Of a stretch of DNA of 64,000 nucleotides, positions 9,221 through 18,762 are shown piece by piece (within the stretch, counting starts at the first letter, position 1; every line of letters starts with the position of its first letter). The position numbers and the translations under genes were made by a program. This DNA is from Polyangiaceae bacterium (lineage in GTDB: Bacteria; Myxococcota_A; Polyangia; Polyangiales; Polyangiaceae). The notes under the pieces were generated by a model that saw nothing but the letters and a program-made list of their open reading frames with translations, ran no database searches and was not told the origin of the DNA. The DNA is taken from positions 64,001 through 128,000 of the forward strand of contig CBDCTZ010000015.1 of assembly GCA_965222375.1 (NCBI GenBank), written 5' to 3'.

Positions 9221-11185
9221 TCAGCGCGGCCCCAACGCCATCAAGTAGAGCGGGCGGGACTTGGGGCCCGCGACCCGTGCCGCGACCTCTTCGTCATAGA
9301 AAGCTCCGACTCCGCATACACCAAGACCCCGCGCCGTCGCACTCAGGTACGCCGCTTCACCACCAAGCCCGGCTTGGAGCGCACCAACCCGAAAATCACG
9401 TGCTCCCTCCAGCTTGCCTAGATCCGATGTGTAACCCCACACCAAGGTGAACGCGGCCAATCCAAGGACCTCCTGATCAAGGCCAGCACTTTTCAACTCA
9501 GATGCCTGGCTGGTGGTCTTCAGCAGTTTGTGGCTCCCTGCTTCGTAGCGGTACCCGCCCGCATCGAGCCCACGAACCCGACGCGCGAGCACATGCAATT
9601 CGACGAGGTCGGCGTTCTGCAGGCTCCGTGCACCCTGCCAAGCGTCGCGCAGCACTTCGCCTAGCGCGGCCAGTTCGACATCTTGCTCCTTGAACTGGCG
9701 CACGGATCGGCGCGCGGCGATGACTCCGAACAGGTCCTCGGTTGCCGGCTTGCCTGCGGGCAGCGCGACGCCCTTTTTCGGAACCGGTTTGTGCGAGAGG
9801 CGCCTCCAAGCTGTCACCTCGCCCGGTTGCAGCTGCCAGGCCGTCAAGCGATGAGACAAACGCGCTGTTTCACGCCCGTGGGTCGTCTTCGGTAGCTCCA
9901 CGGGGCGGTGGCTCGGGATCCTCGGCGTGGTCTTTGGAAGCTTGCCACCACAACCCACGACAAGAAGCGCTCCCTCGCTCTGTTCGCTGCCACCAACAGC
10001 AGCGATGAGTGCGTGGTCGTCGAAATGGGTCTCCAACCCGCACGCGAGGCCCATCGCCTTGGCAGCGAGCACCAGATTCGCGGCAACATGGCCCGCATCG
10101 AGCAACGAATATCGGTACGCACGGGTGCCGTATTTGAAACCCGTACGGTCGAAGGTCGCTCCGAAGACGAAGAGCAGTGGTGCTTGGCGCGCGGGACTTT
10201 CGTCAGGGAGCGCATCGCGGATGGGCCGGGCCCTTGCGGCCACGTTGGCCAGCGAGTGCAGATGGGGGTGATAGTAGAACGCGCCTTCGCCCACAGACTC
10301 TGCGACCACGTAGAGATCGGTCGGGTAGAGCGCACCTGCCGACGCAGCCGCTCGCAGCAGCAGGCCTCCGCTCTCGGCTTTTCGACTAGTGACGCCCGCG
10401 GCGTAGTGCAACAATGTTGCAATCGCCTTCGAGTCCGGAGCGGAAGTGCTTCCGTGATCGACGACGATGGCGCCCTCGGGCGCAACGGCTTCATCTCCAC
10501 CAAGGGCCGCAGCGAGGGAGCGCCCCGCTTTCGCAGCCGCTGGCGGCAACCGCGTCGCTCTTCCCTCGACGACCTTCACGTCATCCGGCTCTTCGACCAC
10601 GACGACGGGCGCTTCGATGGCAGAAGTCCGACTGAGCGCAGACGTTTCGTAGAGCCAGTCGACGGCTCGGGTTTTGCTTCCTTCTCGCATGATCCAAACT
10701 TCGCGTAGTCCCGCCGGGGCGGACCCACTGGCGGCCGGGCTTTCCTCGACGTGGATCGCCGACCGCTCAGTAGCCAGGCGCCCGACCAGATAGGCCGCGG
10801 CGGGCATGAACACCAGCATCGCGAGCAAGCCTCTCAGACCGAGTCTGACAGCAGGCAGGAACCGCTTGCCGTCTGCATCCGAAAGCCAGCGCGGCCCGAC
10901 CCGCCGCAACGTGGCGGCGAGAGGTCGGACTTGAAAGACCAAGTGCGCGACGAGCAGCAGCAGCGTGCAGTAGCCGAACAGGTAGTGCAGGTCGAATGCG
11001 GGCAGGTCCATGCGCGCGACCCAGAACAAACCCAGGGCGGCAGTCGCCAGCACATAGAAGAGGAGCAACAACGCCGTGAGCCCGCTCATCACGGGTCGGC
11101 TGACGGGACGCCTAAGTAGCGCCCGAGCCAGCACGTACGCGCCGAACGCGATGGCCGGCGCAGCGATCCAAAACAGCTTCGTCAC
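9221..11185 (-). CDS. membrane-anchored SagB/ThcOx-type FMN dehydrogenase (two nitroreductase domains)
   Basis: N-terminal TM helices; RAAASAGALYPTDLY, KYGTRAYRYSLLDAGHVAANL; second domain ARRSVRQF...GLGVCGVGAFYD. Confidence 0.85.
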   Translation of the reverse strand: MTKLFWIAAPAIAFGAYVLARALLRRPVSRPVMSGLTALLLLFYVLATAALGLFWVARMDLPAFDLHYLFGYCTLLLLVAHLVFQVRPLAATLRRVGPRWLSDADGKRFLPAVRLGLRGLLAMLVFMPAAAYLVGRLATERSAIHVEESPAASGSAPAGLREVWIMREGSKTRAVDWLYETSALSRTSAIEAPVVVVEEPDDVKVVEGRATRLPPAAAKAGRSLAAALGGDEAVAPEGAIVVDHGSTSAPDSKAIATLLHYAAGVTSRKAESGGLLLRAAASAGALYPTDLYVVAESVGEGAFYYHPHLHSLANVAARARPIRDALPDESPARQAPLLFVFGATFDRTGFKYGTRAYRYSLLDAGHVAANLVLAAKAMGLACGLETHFDDHALIAAVGGSEQSEGALLVVGCGGKLPKTTPRIPSHRPVELPKTTHGRETARLSHRLTAWQLQPGEVTAWRRLSHKPVPKKGVALPAGKPATEDLFGVIAARRSVRQFKEQDVELAALGEVLRDAWQGARSLQNADLVELHVLARRVRGLDAGGYRYEAGSHKLLKTTSQASELKSAGLDQEVLGLAAFTLVWGYTSDLGKLEGARDFRVGALQAGLGGEAAYLSATARGLGVCGVGAFYDEEVAARVAGPKSRPLYLMALGPR

Positions 11186-11249
11186 CGCACTCGGAAGGCT
11201 ACCCCGAGCGCGCGGCGAGTGACGGGTCCCGCCTGAAGCCCGATCAGCG

Positions 11250-11410
11250 CAGCGCCGAACCAGGGCGCCCCCCAGTGGCGGAGGCCCCGAGTGGCCCGCT
11301 GCGGGAGTAGTGGCCCAGCGCCGAACCAGGGCGGCCCCCAGTGGCGGAGGCCCCGGGTGGCCCGCTGCGGGAGTAGTGGCCCAGCGCCGGCCCAGGGCTC
11401 GACCCCAACC
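11250..11410. repeat. 66-bp intergenic tandem repeat (about 2.2 copies), related to the elements at 51365 and 63719
   Basis: CAGCGCCG starts at 11250, 11316 and 11382; first two units nearly identical. Confidence 0.9.
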
Positions 11411-11458
11411 AAAATGACGGCCATCAATTCAGGCACGATTTCTGCTAAACAACGCCGC

Positions 11459-12205
11459 ATGAGCAAGAGTCGGCGATTTCGTTCCCCCTTCGTGGTCACC
11501 ACTGCCGCTGCGGTTTCCAGCATTTCGATGATTGCCTGCGGTGGCAGCACCGACGGCGACAACGGCACGGCTGGCACAGGCGGGACATCTGGATCCGGAG
11601 GCGGCGGAACGGGCGGCCAGGTGCAAACTGGAGGAAACGCCGGCACGACGGGCGGCAGCGCTGGAGTTGGCGCCACCGGCGGAGTAGCCGGCTCCGGAGC
11701 GACGGGTGGGAGCGCGGGCAGCGGTGGTGGCAGCGCGGGAAGTGGCGCGACCGGTGGCGTTGGCCCCGACGGCGGACCGATTTGTCCTCCGACACCTCCC
11801 GGATCCGGATTTGGATTCATGAAGTGCCCGGTGAAGGGCGCCAGCTGCAAGTACGACGTCAAGTGTCAGAGCGGGACGCAGAGCTTCACCTTCAACTGCG
11901 ACAGCACGGGCTTCTGGAGCGTGGCAGCCCAGAAGTGCTCGCTGCCGTACGACTCCTGCCCAAACACGGATCTGTACTGTTCGAGCCAATGGATGATCCC
12001 CCAGGGCACGAATCCGCCCGCACCTTGCCCAGCGACCAAGCCGAAAGTCGGCGACAAGTGTTTCGTCGGGGGCTTGGGTGGCGTTTGGGAAAACTGCGGA
12101 TACCGCTGCGATTCGTCACCGAACTCGAAGTGGACGGTGATGAGCTGCAAGTATGTGCCGAACGTCGACAGCAAGTGGGAGAGCGACGGCGCCTGCGGCA
12201 AGTGA
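11459..12205 (+). CDS. Gly-rich-linker Cys-rich lipoprotein
   Basis: MIAC lipobox; Gly linker; CP...G..C.Y..C modules. Confidence 0.8.
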   Translation: MSKSRRFRSPFVVTTAAAVSSISMIACGGSTDGDNGTAGTGGTSGSGGGGTGGQVQTGGNAGTTGGSAGVGATGGVAGSGATGGSAGSGGGSAGSGATGGVGPDGGPICPPTPPGSGFGFMKCPVKGASCKYDVKCQSGTQSFTFNCDSTGFWSVAAQKCSLPYDSCPNTDLYCSSQWMIPQGTNPPAPCPATKPKVGDKCFVGGLGGVWENCGYRCDSSPNSKWTVMSCKYVPNVDSKWESDGACGK

Positions 12206-12247
12206 CGCTGGCGCCGCTTCGCAACCACGCCGAAAGAATTGCCGTCG

Positions 12248-12535
12248 CTACTCGAGCAGCTCGGCTTCGTCGATCAGGGACTGTGCGATCGCTTCTAGGC
12301 CACTCTTTCCCAGAGTGTCCGAGCGAGGCACGGTCGCGATCACGTAACTGACAGCGCGTTCGAGGCGATTGCGCCCGGGGTAGGCGCGCAGGTCGACGCG
12401 GCGGCGCAACGCACGGGCACGCGGTTTCTGCACAGGATCCGCGTTGGGGCTCGGCGTGGCGTCGGGCTCGGAGAGCGAACGCTCCAGCTGGTTCTCGGGA
12501 AAAGCGAACATCTCAGCGCGGGACAAGATAGCCAT
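12248..12535 (-). CDS. hypothetical protein
   Basis: 95-aa ORF downstream of pilQ; start uncertain (could extend to 12757). Confidence 0.45.
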   Translation of the reverse strand: MAILSRAEMFAFPENQLERSLSEPDATPSPNADPVQKPRARALRRRVDLRAYPGRNRLERAVSYVIATVPRSDTLGKSGLEAIAQSLIDEAELLE

Positions 12536-12855
12536 GGGGTCCGCACGGATATCGCGGTGCGACACACCGGGCCAAAAATTGCGGGGCTGTTTGCTTCGCT
12601 GCAGACAGCTCGAGGCTCCCCCATTCGGAGGGAGCAGCTTCTCTTCGCCGGCTACAACCCGATCGGCTAGGTCCCCTGGAAAGCTCGAGTCGGATGTGCC
12701 GGTTTTCCGAGCACCGAGCTTGCGAGGTCCCGAGGTGGCGCGGCCGCCGAAGGTCACCGGACCGGAGCGTGCGAGCGTATAGAGGACCGGAAGCGCAGGG
12801 ATAGCCTTGCAGACGGCCGAGATCTCCAGGGGTCGCTACCTGATACGAGAACGCC

Positions 12856-15165
12856 TCAGCGCCCGAGGGCCTCGGCGCGATTGACGATGCGGGGGGTGAG
12901 GAAAATGACGAGCTCGCCGCGACTGTCGCTGGCTCGGCGCCGCTGGAAGAGCAGCCCGATGAGGGGGATGTCTCCGAAGAAGGGCACCTGGTCCAAATTG
13001 CGACCGGTGTTGCGAGTGAAGATCCCGCCGATGACCGCCGTGTGGCCGTCCATCACCAACAGGTTGGTCTCGGCTTCACGCTTCAAGATGGTCGGATCGC
13101 CCCGAGCCGAGGTTTGGTTGAAGTCGGGCTCGTCGCGGTTGATCTTGACCTTCATGCTCACGCTGCCGTCGGCGGTCACGTGGGGCTTCACCAAGAGCTG
13201 AAGTTTCGCTTCCTGGAATGTGGTCTGCACGCCCTGAGCGCTGATTTGCGAAAAGGGAATCAAGGTGCCTTGGGAAATCCGCGCCTCGTGATTGTCCAAG
13301 GTCAGGATGCGCGGACTCGAAAGAATGCGCAGCATGCCGCTGGACTCTGCAGCGGAGAGACGCACGGCCAGATTGATGGTGTTGTCGATGGATCCAAAGG
13401 ACAGACCCAACGCACCACCTTGCCCGGTACCGACCGTGGCAGGCAGGTTCACCGCAAAGTTCGGGTTTTGCACCGTGTTCGAGAACGGCGACAAGCCTGC
13501 AGTGGGCGTATTCGTATCACTCGCGCCGCCGACCACGCCGACAGAGTTCGGGAATACGAGCCCCGTCGGGTTGCCCGTCGCTGCTGAGAAGGTCGCGTCT
13601 CCGCCCCACTGAATACCGACATCGCGCAGGTAGCGGCTTGTTGCTTCGACGATTCGGGCTTCTACCAGCACCTGTGGCGTCTGCGTGTCCAAGGAGCGAG
13701 TGAGCTCCTCGATTTGGTTCAGGTTGCCCGCGACGTCACGAACGATCATCACGTTGGTGCGTTCGTCCACGGCGATGCTGCCCCGCTCGCTGAGCAGGTC
13801 CTTGGCGCGAGCCTGTACATCGCTGGCGTTGGCATAGCTGACGGGGATGAGTCGCGTCTCGATGGGCGCGAGTTGCATCTCCTGCTTGCGGCGCGCGATC
13901 GCCATCTCGCGCTCTTTCTCGAGGTCCGCCAAGGGTGCTACGCGGATCATGTTGCCGCGTCGAACCATGCCAAGGCTCTTTGCCTGCAGCACGATATCCA
14001 GGGCTTGGTCCCAGGGCACGTTGCGCATGCGAATGGTGACGGTACCGCTGACGTTGTCCGCCGTTACGATGTTGACGCGTCCCACGTCGGCGATGAGCCG
14101 GAGCACGTTGTGAATGTCTGCGTCTTTAAGATCGAGATCGATGCGACGACCCGTGAAACCTCGGCGGCGTTGACCTAGAACCGCGTTGGAAACGCCCGCG
14201 GCTTCCTCAGCTTGAGCCACTTGCTCCGCCATGCCCACAGGAACGCTATCGTGCACCGTGGGCACGTCCGCGAAGTCGGTTTCGACGTGCACGGTGCGGG
14301 TCTTGCGGGCCGCACCACCATCCCGCGCCACCCCGGTGATGCTTGAGGGCAGGGAGCCGGGTTTGTAGAAGGACCAAACTAGCGAGTTGCCTCGGCGATG
14401 AACTCGGGACTCGGAGCGGTCGACATCCACCTCGATGATGACCTGTTCCTTCTTCGCATCCGGACCATAGCTGGAGATGGCTTTGACACGCCCGCCGAAG
14501 GCAGTGGTATCGAGGGTGCGGGTGAGTGCCTTGGGCAGCGTCGCCTTCTGTAGCACCAAGCGAGCGCGGCCCTTGCTGCCTCGCTCTTGACGATAACGGG
14601 TCCTTTCGGAAAGCTCGATGATGACCTTGTCCTCGAAGGTGCCGTGCTCGAAGCGCACGTCGGACACCCGCGAGAGCCCCGTACGCACCGCCTCGCCGGG
14701 GGAATTGATCTTCTTGACGCGCTTCTTGCGCATCACGCCTAGGGGCCCCGGCTCGAAGTTCAGCACCAGCTTGTCGCGCACGACGCTGACGGAGTAGCTG
14801 GCATCCTTGAGCAGAGTGACCATCAGCCGCGTGGTCTTGCCGCTCATCGTGTTGAAGGTCTGGGTCATCACGCCACCCACGACACCCGCACGCTTGGTGA
14901 TGGCGCTCTTGGCGCCTCGAACGGCTGTTCCGGGCACGTCGACGATGAGCCGCCTACGCTTCTTGTCCAGCCGCGCCGTGTACTTGGGGGCCGACGTGAA
15001 GCTCATTTCTACGCGAGCCCCCTCGTCGGCGGTCGCACTCAGACGAAGACTGGTAGCGTATCTTTGGGCGGACCCTGCCGCGGAGGCGACGGAAGCAGGC
15101 AAAAACACGGAGAGGGCGAGGCCTAACGCGAGGGTGCTGGTGAGTCGGGTCGAGCTAAACCGCAT
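12856..15165 (-). CDS. pilQ: type IV pilus secretin PilQ (AMIN domains + secretin)
   Basis: IDLDLKDADIHNVLRLIAD, NVPWDQALDIVL, QVLVEARIVEA, VPFFGDIPLIGLLF, ELVIFLTPRIV; operon position. Confidence 0.95.
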   Translation of the reverse strand: MRFSSTRLTSTLALGLALSVFLPASVASAAGSAQRYATSLRLSATADEGARVEMSFTSAPKYTARLDKKRRRLIVDVPGTAVRGAKSAITKRAGVVGGVMTQTFNTMSGKTTRLMVTLLKDASYSVSVVRDKLVLNFEPGPLGVMRKKRVKKINSPGEAVRTGLSRVSDVRFEHGTFEDKVIIELSERTRYRQERGSKGRARLVLQKATLPKALTRTLDTTAFGGRVKAISSYGPDAKKEQVIIEVDVDRSESRVHRRGNSLVWSFYKPGSLPSSITGVARDGGAARKTRTVHVETDFADVPTVHDSVPVGMAEQVAQAEEAAGVSNAVLGQRRRGFTGRRIDLDLKDADIHNVLRLIADVGRVNIVTADNVSGTVTIRMRNVPWDQALDIVLQAKSLGMVRRGNMIRVAPLADLEKEREMAIARRKQEMQLAPIETRLIPVSYANASDVQARAKDLLSERGSIAVDERTNVMIVRDVAGNLNQIEELTRSLDTQTPQVLVEARIVEATSRYLRDVGIQWGGDATFSAATGNPTGLVFPNSVGVVGGASDTNTPTAGLSPFSNTVQNPNFAVNLPATVGTGQGGALGLSFGSIDNTINLAVRLSAAESSGMLRILSSPRILTLDNHEARISQGTLIPFSQISAQGVQTTFQEAKLQLLVKPHVTADGSVSMKVKINRDEPDFNQTSARGDPTILKREAETNLLVMDGHTAVIGGIFTRNTGRNLDQVPFFGDIPLIGLLFQRRRASDSRGELVIFLTPRIVNRAEALGR

Positions 15166-15386
15166 GACTTTCTTCCGGTTCGAGCGCGACGAAACCCTTT
15201 TCCGCCGAGTCGAACTCTTCGTATCCGCCATCCTAAGCGGGCGCGTTTCTTTGACCCAAAAAACGGGCACAAGTTTGTGGCGCTTAGTGAAGTGCGACGA
15301 ACAGTAGAGAGCTCCCGAGTCAAGCACTGTCACGGGCCGAGTCACGGGGATGGCTCCCTGACGGGATGCCCAGGGGCGCTCGACGC

Positions 15387-16028
15387 TCAGCCGCCAGAAA
15401 CGACGGTGCCTTCAGCGCGGAGGGGCAGTACGCGAGTTGCGCTCGGCACGTCGGGGTTCTGCGGGTCCTCCCGGATCAGAACGACGTCGCCATCGCGAAT
15501 TCGATCAACCCGCCAATTGATCTCGTAGGCCGCGCCGGTTCCACTGCCGGCGCCAACGACCTCAGGGCGGCCAACGAACTGCCCGCGAATGATCACGTGA
15601 CCCTTGCCGGTCGGGTCGACGAGCATGGCCTTCGCCGGGTGGATGCCGGTGACGATTCCCACTAGCTTCAGTTCGTCGATGGCATACTGGTCCAGGATGA
15701 CCTCGCGCTGGCTCTTCGCTCGCCCTTTCGACTCGTCCACGAAGGTATTTGCGTAGGAGCGAAAGGGATCTCGACTACGCTCACTCTCCGCGAATTCGGC
15801 CTCTTGGAAGTCGATCTTGGGTGGCGCGACGGGAGCGCCGTCTGCCCCAGCATCCGGCGCTCCCGTGGGAGCTCCCGACGGCCTTTTTGCCGTGGCAGGG
15901 CCCCCCTTCGAAGGTCCCAGCGCCTTCTTCGTGGACCCCTTGCCGTGCTTGGGCGCGTCATCGCCACAACCGGTCGAAAACAGCGCCAACGCAGCCAGGG
16001 GCGCAGCCAGTGCGAAGAGGAGTCTCAT
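15387..16028 (-). CDS. pilP: type IV pilus assembly lipoprotein PilP
   Basis: Lipobox STGC; RDPF, YAIDELKLVGIV, AMLVDPTGKG. Confidence 0.9.
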   Translation of the reverse strand: MRLLFALAAPLAALALFSTGCGDDAPKHGKGSTKKALGPSKGGPATAKRPSGAPTGAPDAGADGAPVAPPKIDFQEAEFAESERSRDPFRSYANTFVDESKGRAKSQREVILDQYAIDELKLVGIVTGIHPAKAMLVDPTGKGHVIIRGQFVGRPEVVGAGSGTGAAYEINWRVDRIRDGDVVLIREDPQNPDVPSATRVLPLRAEGTVVSGG

Positions 16029-16678
16029 TTCTTCTTCCCTCCTCCTGGCTTCGGCCGGGGCTTCTTCTGTGCCGCTCCCCGCTTGTCAGGTCCTGTCGCA
16101 GCCGCTTGCGCATCCGAGAGGGCTCGGAACGCCGTGGCCAGCACCTCGGCTTTGACGCTGACTTCATCACCCGATTGCTCGGGCTCCGTGATCGAGATGT
16201 TCTCCATGTTGATGATTCGGTCGAGCTGCCCGACTCCGTAGAAGAACTTGGCGATCTGGTGAAAACGACCCGTTAGCTCCAGCTTCATCGGCACGCGGGC
16301 GTAGAACTGTTCGGGGATCTCTTCCTGCGGCGTCCAAGCCGAGAGGCTGACACCTGAGACATTTGCAACGGTCTGGAGTGAACTCAAGAAGGAGGGGTAT
16401 TCCGTCGTCTTCGGCAAGATCTTCTGGAGCTCACGTTGACGCTGTTGGCGATCTGTGAGCTCCGCCAGGTCCTTTTGATAGGCGAACTCGTTCTTGCGGG
16501 CCTCAGCCAGTTGGGTTCGGAGCTGCCGCTCTTTGCCTTGCGAGACCTTGATGCTGCTAGCGAGCTCGCCGTAGAACACGACGAAGTAAGCGACGCCGAC
16601 CAGCAGAATGAGCCCGGTTCCGATACCAAGCTTGGCGACCAGCGGAAGTCGCGCCAGTGCGGAAGGTTGCGCGGCCAT
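16025..16678 (-). CDS. pilO: type IV pilus assembly protein PilO
   Basis: TM + coiled coil; LPKTTEYPSFL, FYARVPM, GRFHQIAKFF, LDRIIN. Confidence 0.93.
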   Translation of the reverse strand: MAAQPSALARLPLVAKLGIGTGLILLVGVAYFVVFYGELASSIKVSQGKERQLRTQLAEARKNEFAYQKDLAELTDRQQRQRELQKILPKTTEYPSFLSSLQTVANVSGVSLSAWTPQEEIPEQFYARVPMKLELTGRFHQIAKFFYGVGQLDRIINMENISITEPEQSGDEVSVKAEVLATAFRALSDAQAAATGPDKRGAAQKKPRPKPGGGKKK

Positions 16679-17316
16679 CAGTACCTCACCTCGGCTTCGA
16701 GCTGAAAACGCACAACCTCGAGGCCGCTCTCCCGGTCGTTTTCCTTTTTCGCGGGAAGCAGGCGCACGTTGAAAAACAAGCTCGAAAGGTTCATGCGTCG
16801 GGCCAACTCACTGACATCCTCGCCGTCCCGGGCAGTTCCCTCGAGGCGAACGCGACGATTCGTTTCGACGAATCGGGACAGCCAGAGGCGCCGCGCATCC
16901 CAAGACGGATTGTAGACGGCCAAGGGGTTTTCCTTGCGGATCTGGCTGAGGCGATCCGGGTCGACACTTGGGCCGCGGCCCGGTGTGAGGATGCGAGCTA
17001 GTTCCAACATGACGGAAGTTGGACCCGTGCGAGCGCTTTGCAGCTTCGCGATTGCGTCCTCTCGAGCGCGCAATTGGCCGAGCTCCTCTTTGACCTTCGC
17101 GTGATTGACGACTGCCTTCTTGGCTCGATCGATCTGGGTTTGAAGCTCGGCGTTCTTGCGCTTTTGGTCTTTCAGCTCTTCTGCCTTGAAGCCATGGTAG
17201 GCGAAAAGCACACCAACCTCGACCAAGAACAGGAACAAGACCGCAAGCAGCCATAGCTGGCTGCCTTCGCTGCGTTCGGCCCGCCTCTTCTGCGGAAGTA
17301 GGTTGATCCGAATCAC
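16678..17316 (-). CDS. pilN: type IV pilus assembly protein PilN
   Basis: N-terminal (V)IRINLLP motif; GTG start overlaps the pilM stop. Confidence 0.93.
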   Translation of the reverse strand: MIRINLLPQKRRAERSEGSQLWLLAVLFLFLVEVGVLFAYHGFKAEELKDQKRKNAELQTQIDRAKKAVVNHAKVKEELGQLRAREDAIAKLQSARTGPTSVMLELARILTPGRGPSVDPDRLSQIRKENPLAVYNPSWDARRLWLSRFVETNRRVRLEGTARDGEDVSELARRMNLSSLFFNVRLLPAKKENDRESGLEVVRFQLEAEVRY

Positions 17317-18389
17317 GCGCGGCTCTCCTTCTCCTTGCGCAAGGCAAGGCCCAAGGCTACCGCAAGCTGCGCGGCGGATTGCTGCACAAATGCGTGGTTG
17401 ACGTCTTTGGAGTCGACGACAATGCGCTCGAGAGGTGACCACACTTCGGTGGGGACCCGGGCGCGGCGCTCGACGGCCTGTGCCAGCGGCACGAGGTTCG
17501 CCGAACCTCCGGTGACGAAGATGCGACCGATCTCCGCTTCGCCGCTCGTCGCCATGAAAAAATCGAGGCTTCGCTGGATCTCTGCAGCAATGGCGTCGGA
17601 AACGGATTCGATGATCTGGACCACCTGGGCGGGAACCACGCCGGCGCGATAGGGATCCGCAGGATCCGAACTGCTACCACACTTGTACGCCTCAGCCTGC
17701 TCGAAGGGCACGCCGAGCTGTTTCTGGATTTCATCCGTGATGACATTGCCGCCGTTGGCGATTTCACGGGTGAAAGCACTGACCCCACCGGCAATGATGT
17801 TCAGAGATGTCAGACTGGCACCAACGTTGATCAGAGCGATGGTCTGATCCGGGGGCAGCCCCCTAGAAAACTCGAACAGGTTCTGAACCGTGAAGGCGTC
17901 GATGTCGCAAACGATGGGCTTGAGCCGCGCATCCCGAGCCAGCTGGGCGTAGTCGCTGATTTGGTCGCGCTTGGCGGCGACGAGCAATAGGTCCATCTGA
18001 CTAACCTCGGCACGCTTGCGCAGCACCTGGTAGTCGACTTGCACGTCCTTGATGTCGAAGGGAATGTGCTGTTCCGCCTCCCAATGGATCTGCTCATCCA
18101 ACTCGGCAGGGGTCATCATCGGCACCGTGATCTTGCGAATGATCACGCTTTGGCCGGAAACACTGATGGCACACTCTTTTTGGCGGATCTTGGAGTCGTG
18201 AAAGACACGCTGTATCCCTTCGACGACACTGCTGGCATCCATGACCTGGCCATCCACGATGGTCTGGGGCGGCAGAGGTGCGACTCCCAGCTTCTGCAGC
18301 ATCAAGCCCTTGCGGGTTTCCTTGAGCTGGCAGACTTTGATCGCACTCGTCCCAATATCAACGCCGACCAGGTTCTTCCCTTCGCCCAT
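17313..18389 (-). CDS. pilM: type IV pilus assembly actin-like protein PilM
   Basis: VGVDIGTSAIK, EAEQHIPF, EIQRSLDFF, VTGGSA, VALGLALR. Confidence 0.96.
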   Translation of the reverse strand: MGEGKNLVGVDIGTSAIKVCQLKETRKGLMLQKLGVAPLPPQTIVDGQVMDASSVVEGIQRVFHDSKIRQKECAISVSGQSVIIRKITVPMMTPAELDEQIHWEAEQHIPFDIKDVQVDYQVLRKRAEVSQMDLLLVAAKRDQISDYAQLARDARLKPIVCDIDAFTVQNLFEFSRGLPPDQTIALINVGASLTSLNIIAGGVSAFTREIANGGNVITDEIQKQLGVPFEQAEAYKCGSSSDPADPYRAGVVPAQVVQIIESVSDAIAAEIQRSLDFFMATSGEAEIGRIFVTGGSANLVPLAQAVERRARVPTEVWSPLERIVVDSKDVNHAFVQQSAAQLAVALGLALRKEKESRA

Positions 18390-18762
18390 GTCGCCCTTAG
18401 CCGGCTGCTCCGCTCACCACCGGGTCACGGGGCGGCGAAACGGCTGTTTTCTTGGGAAATGTAGGTGTCATGGATTCCTTGACGAGCCTCGTGCGGGGAC
18501 TGAATCCCCAGTACACGATTTGCCACAGACAAACTTTGGCACTGTCCGTCAGAGGACGCCAAAAAAGGGGAGGCGATCTTTGTAGGTTACTCCACCTGTC
18601 GCGCACTCCGCGTCAGCGGCGCTAGCCCCACACGACAAGCCGCTCCAAACACCAGCTACCGCGCGCAGAAAGTTCACGACGCTAGTTCAATCTAAGTGAA
18701 ATCCCCGTTTTTTTTCTGATTGTGGGGAGGTGTGCGAGAGCTACAGCCCTGAGGCATTCGAT

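Noticed and set aside
11250..11410. CRISPR array
   Set aside because: The 66-bp units are contiguous with no unique spacers, and no cas genes are present
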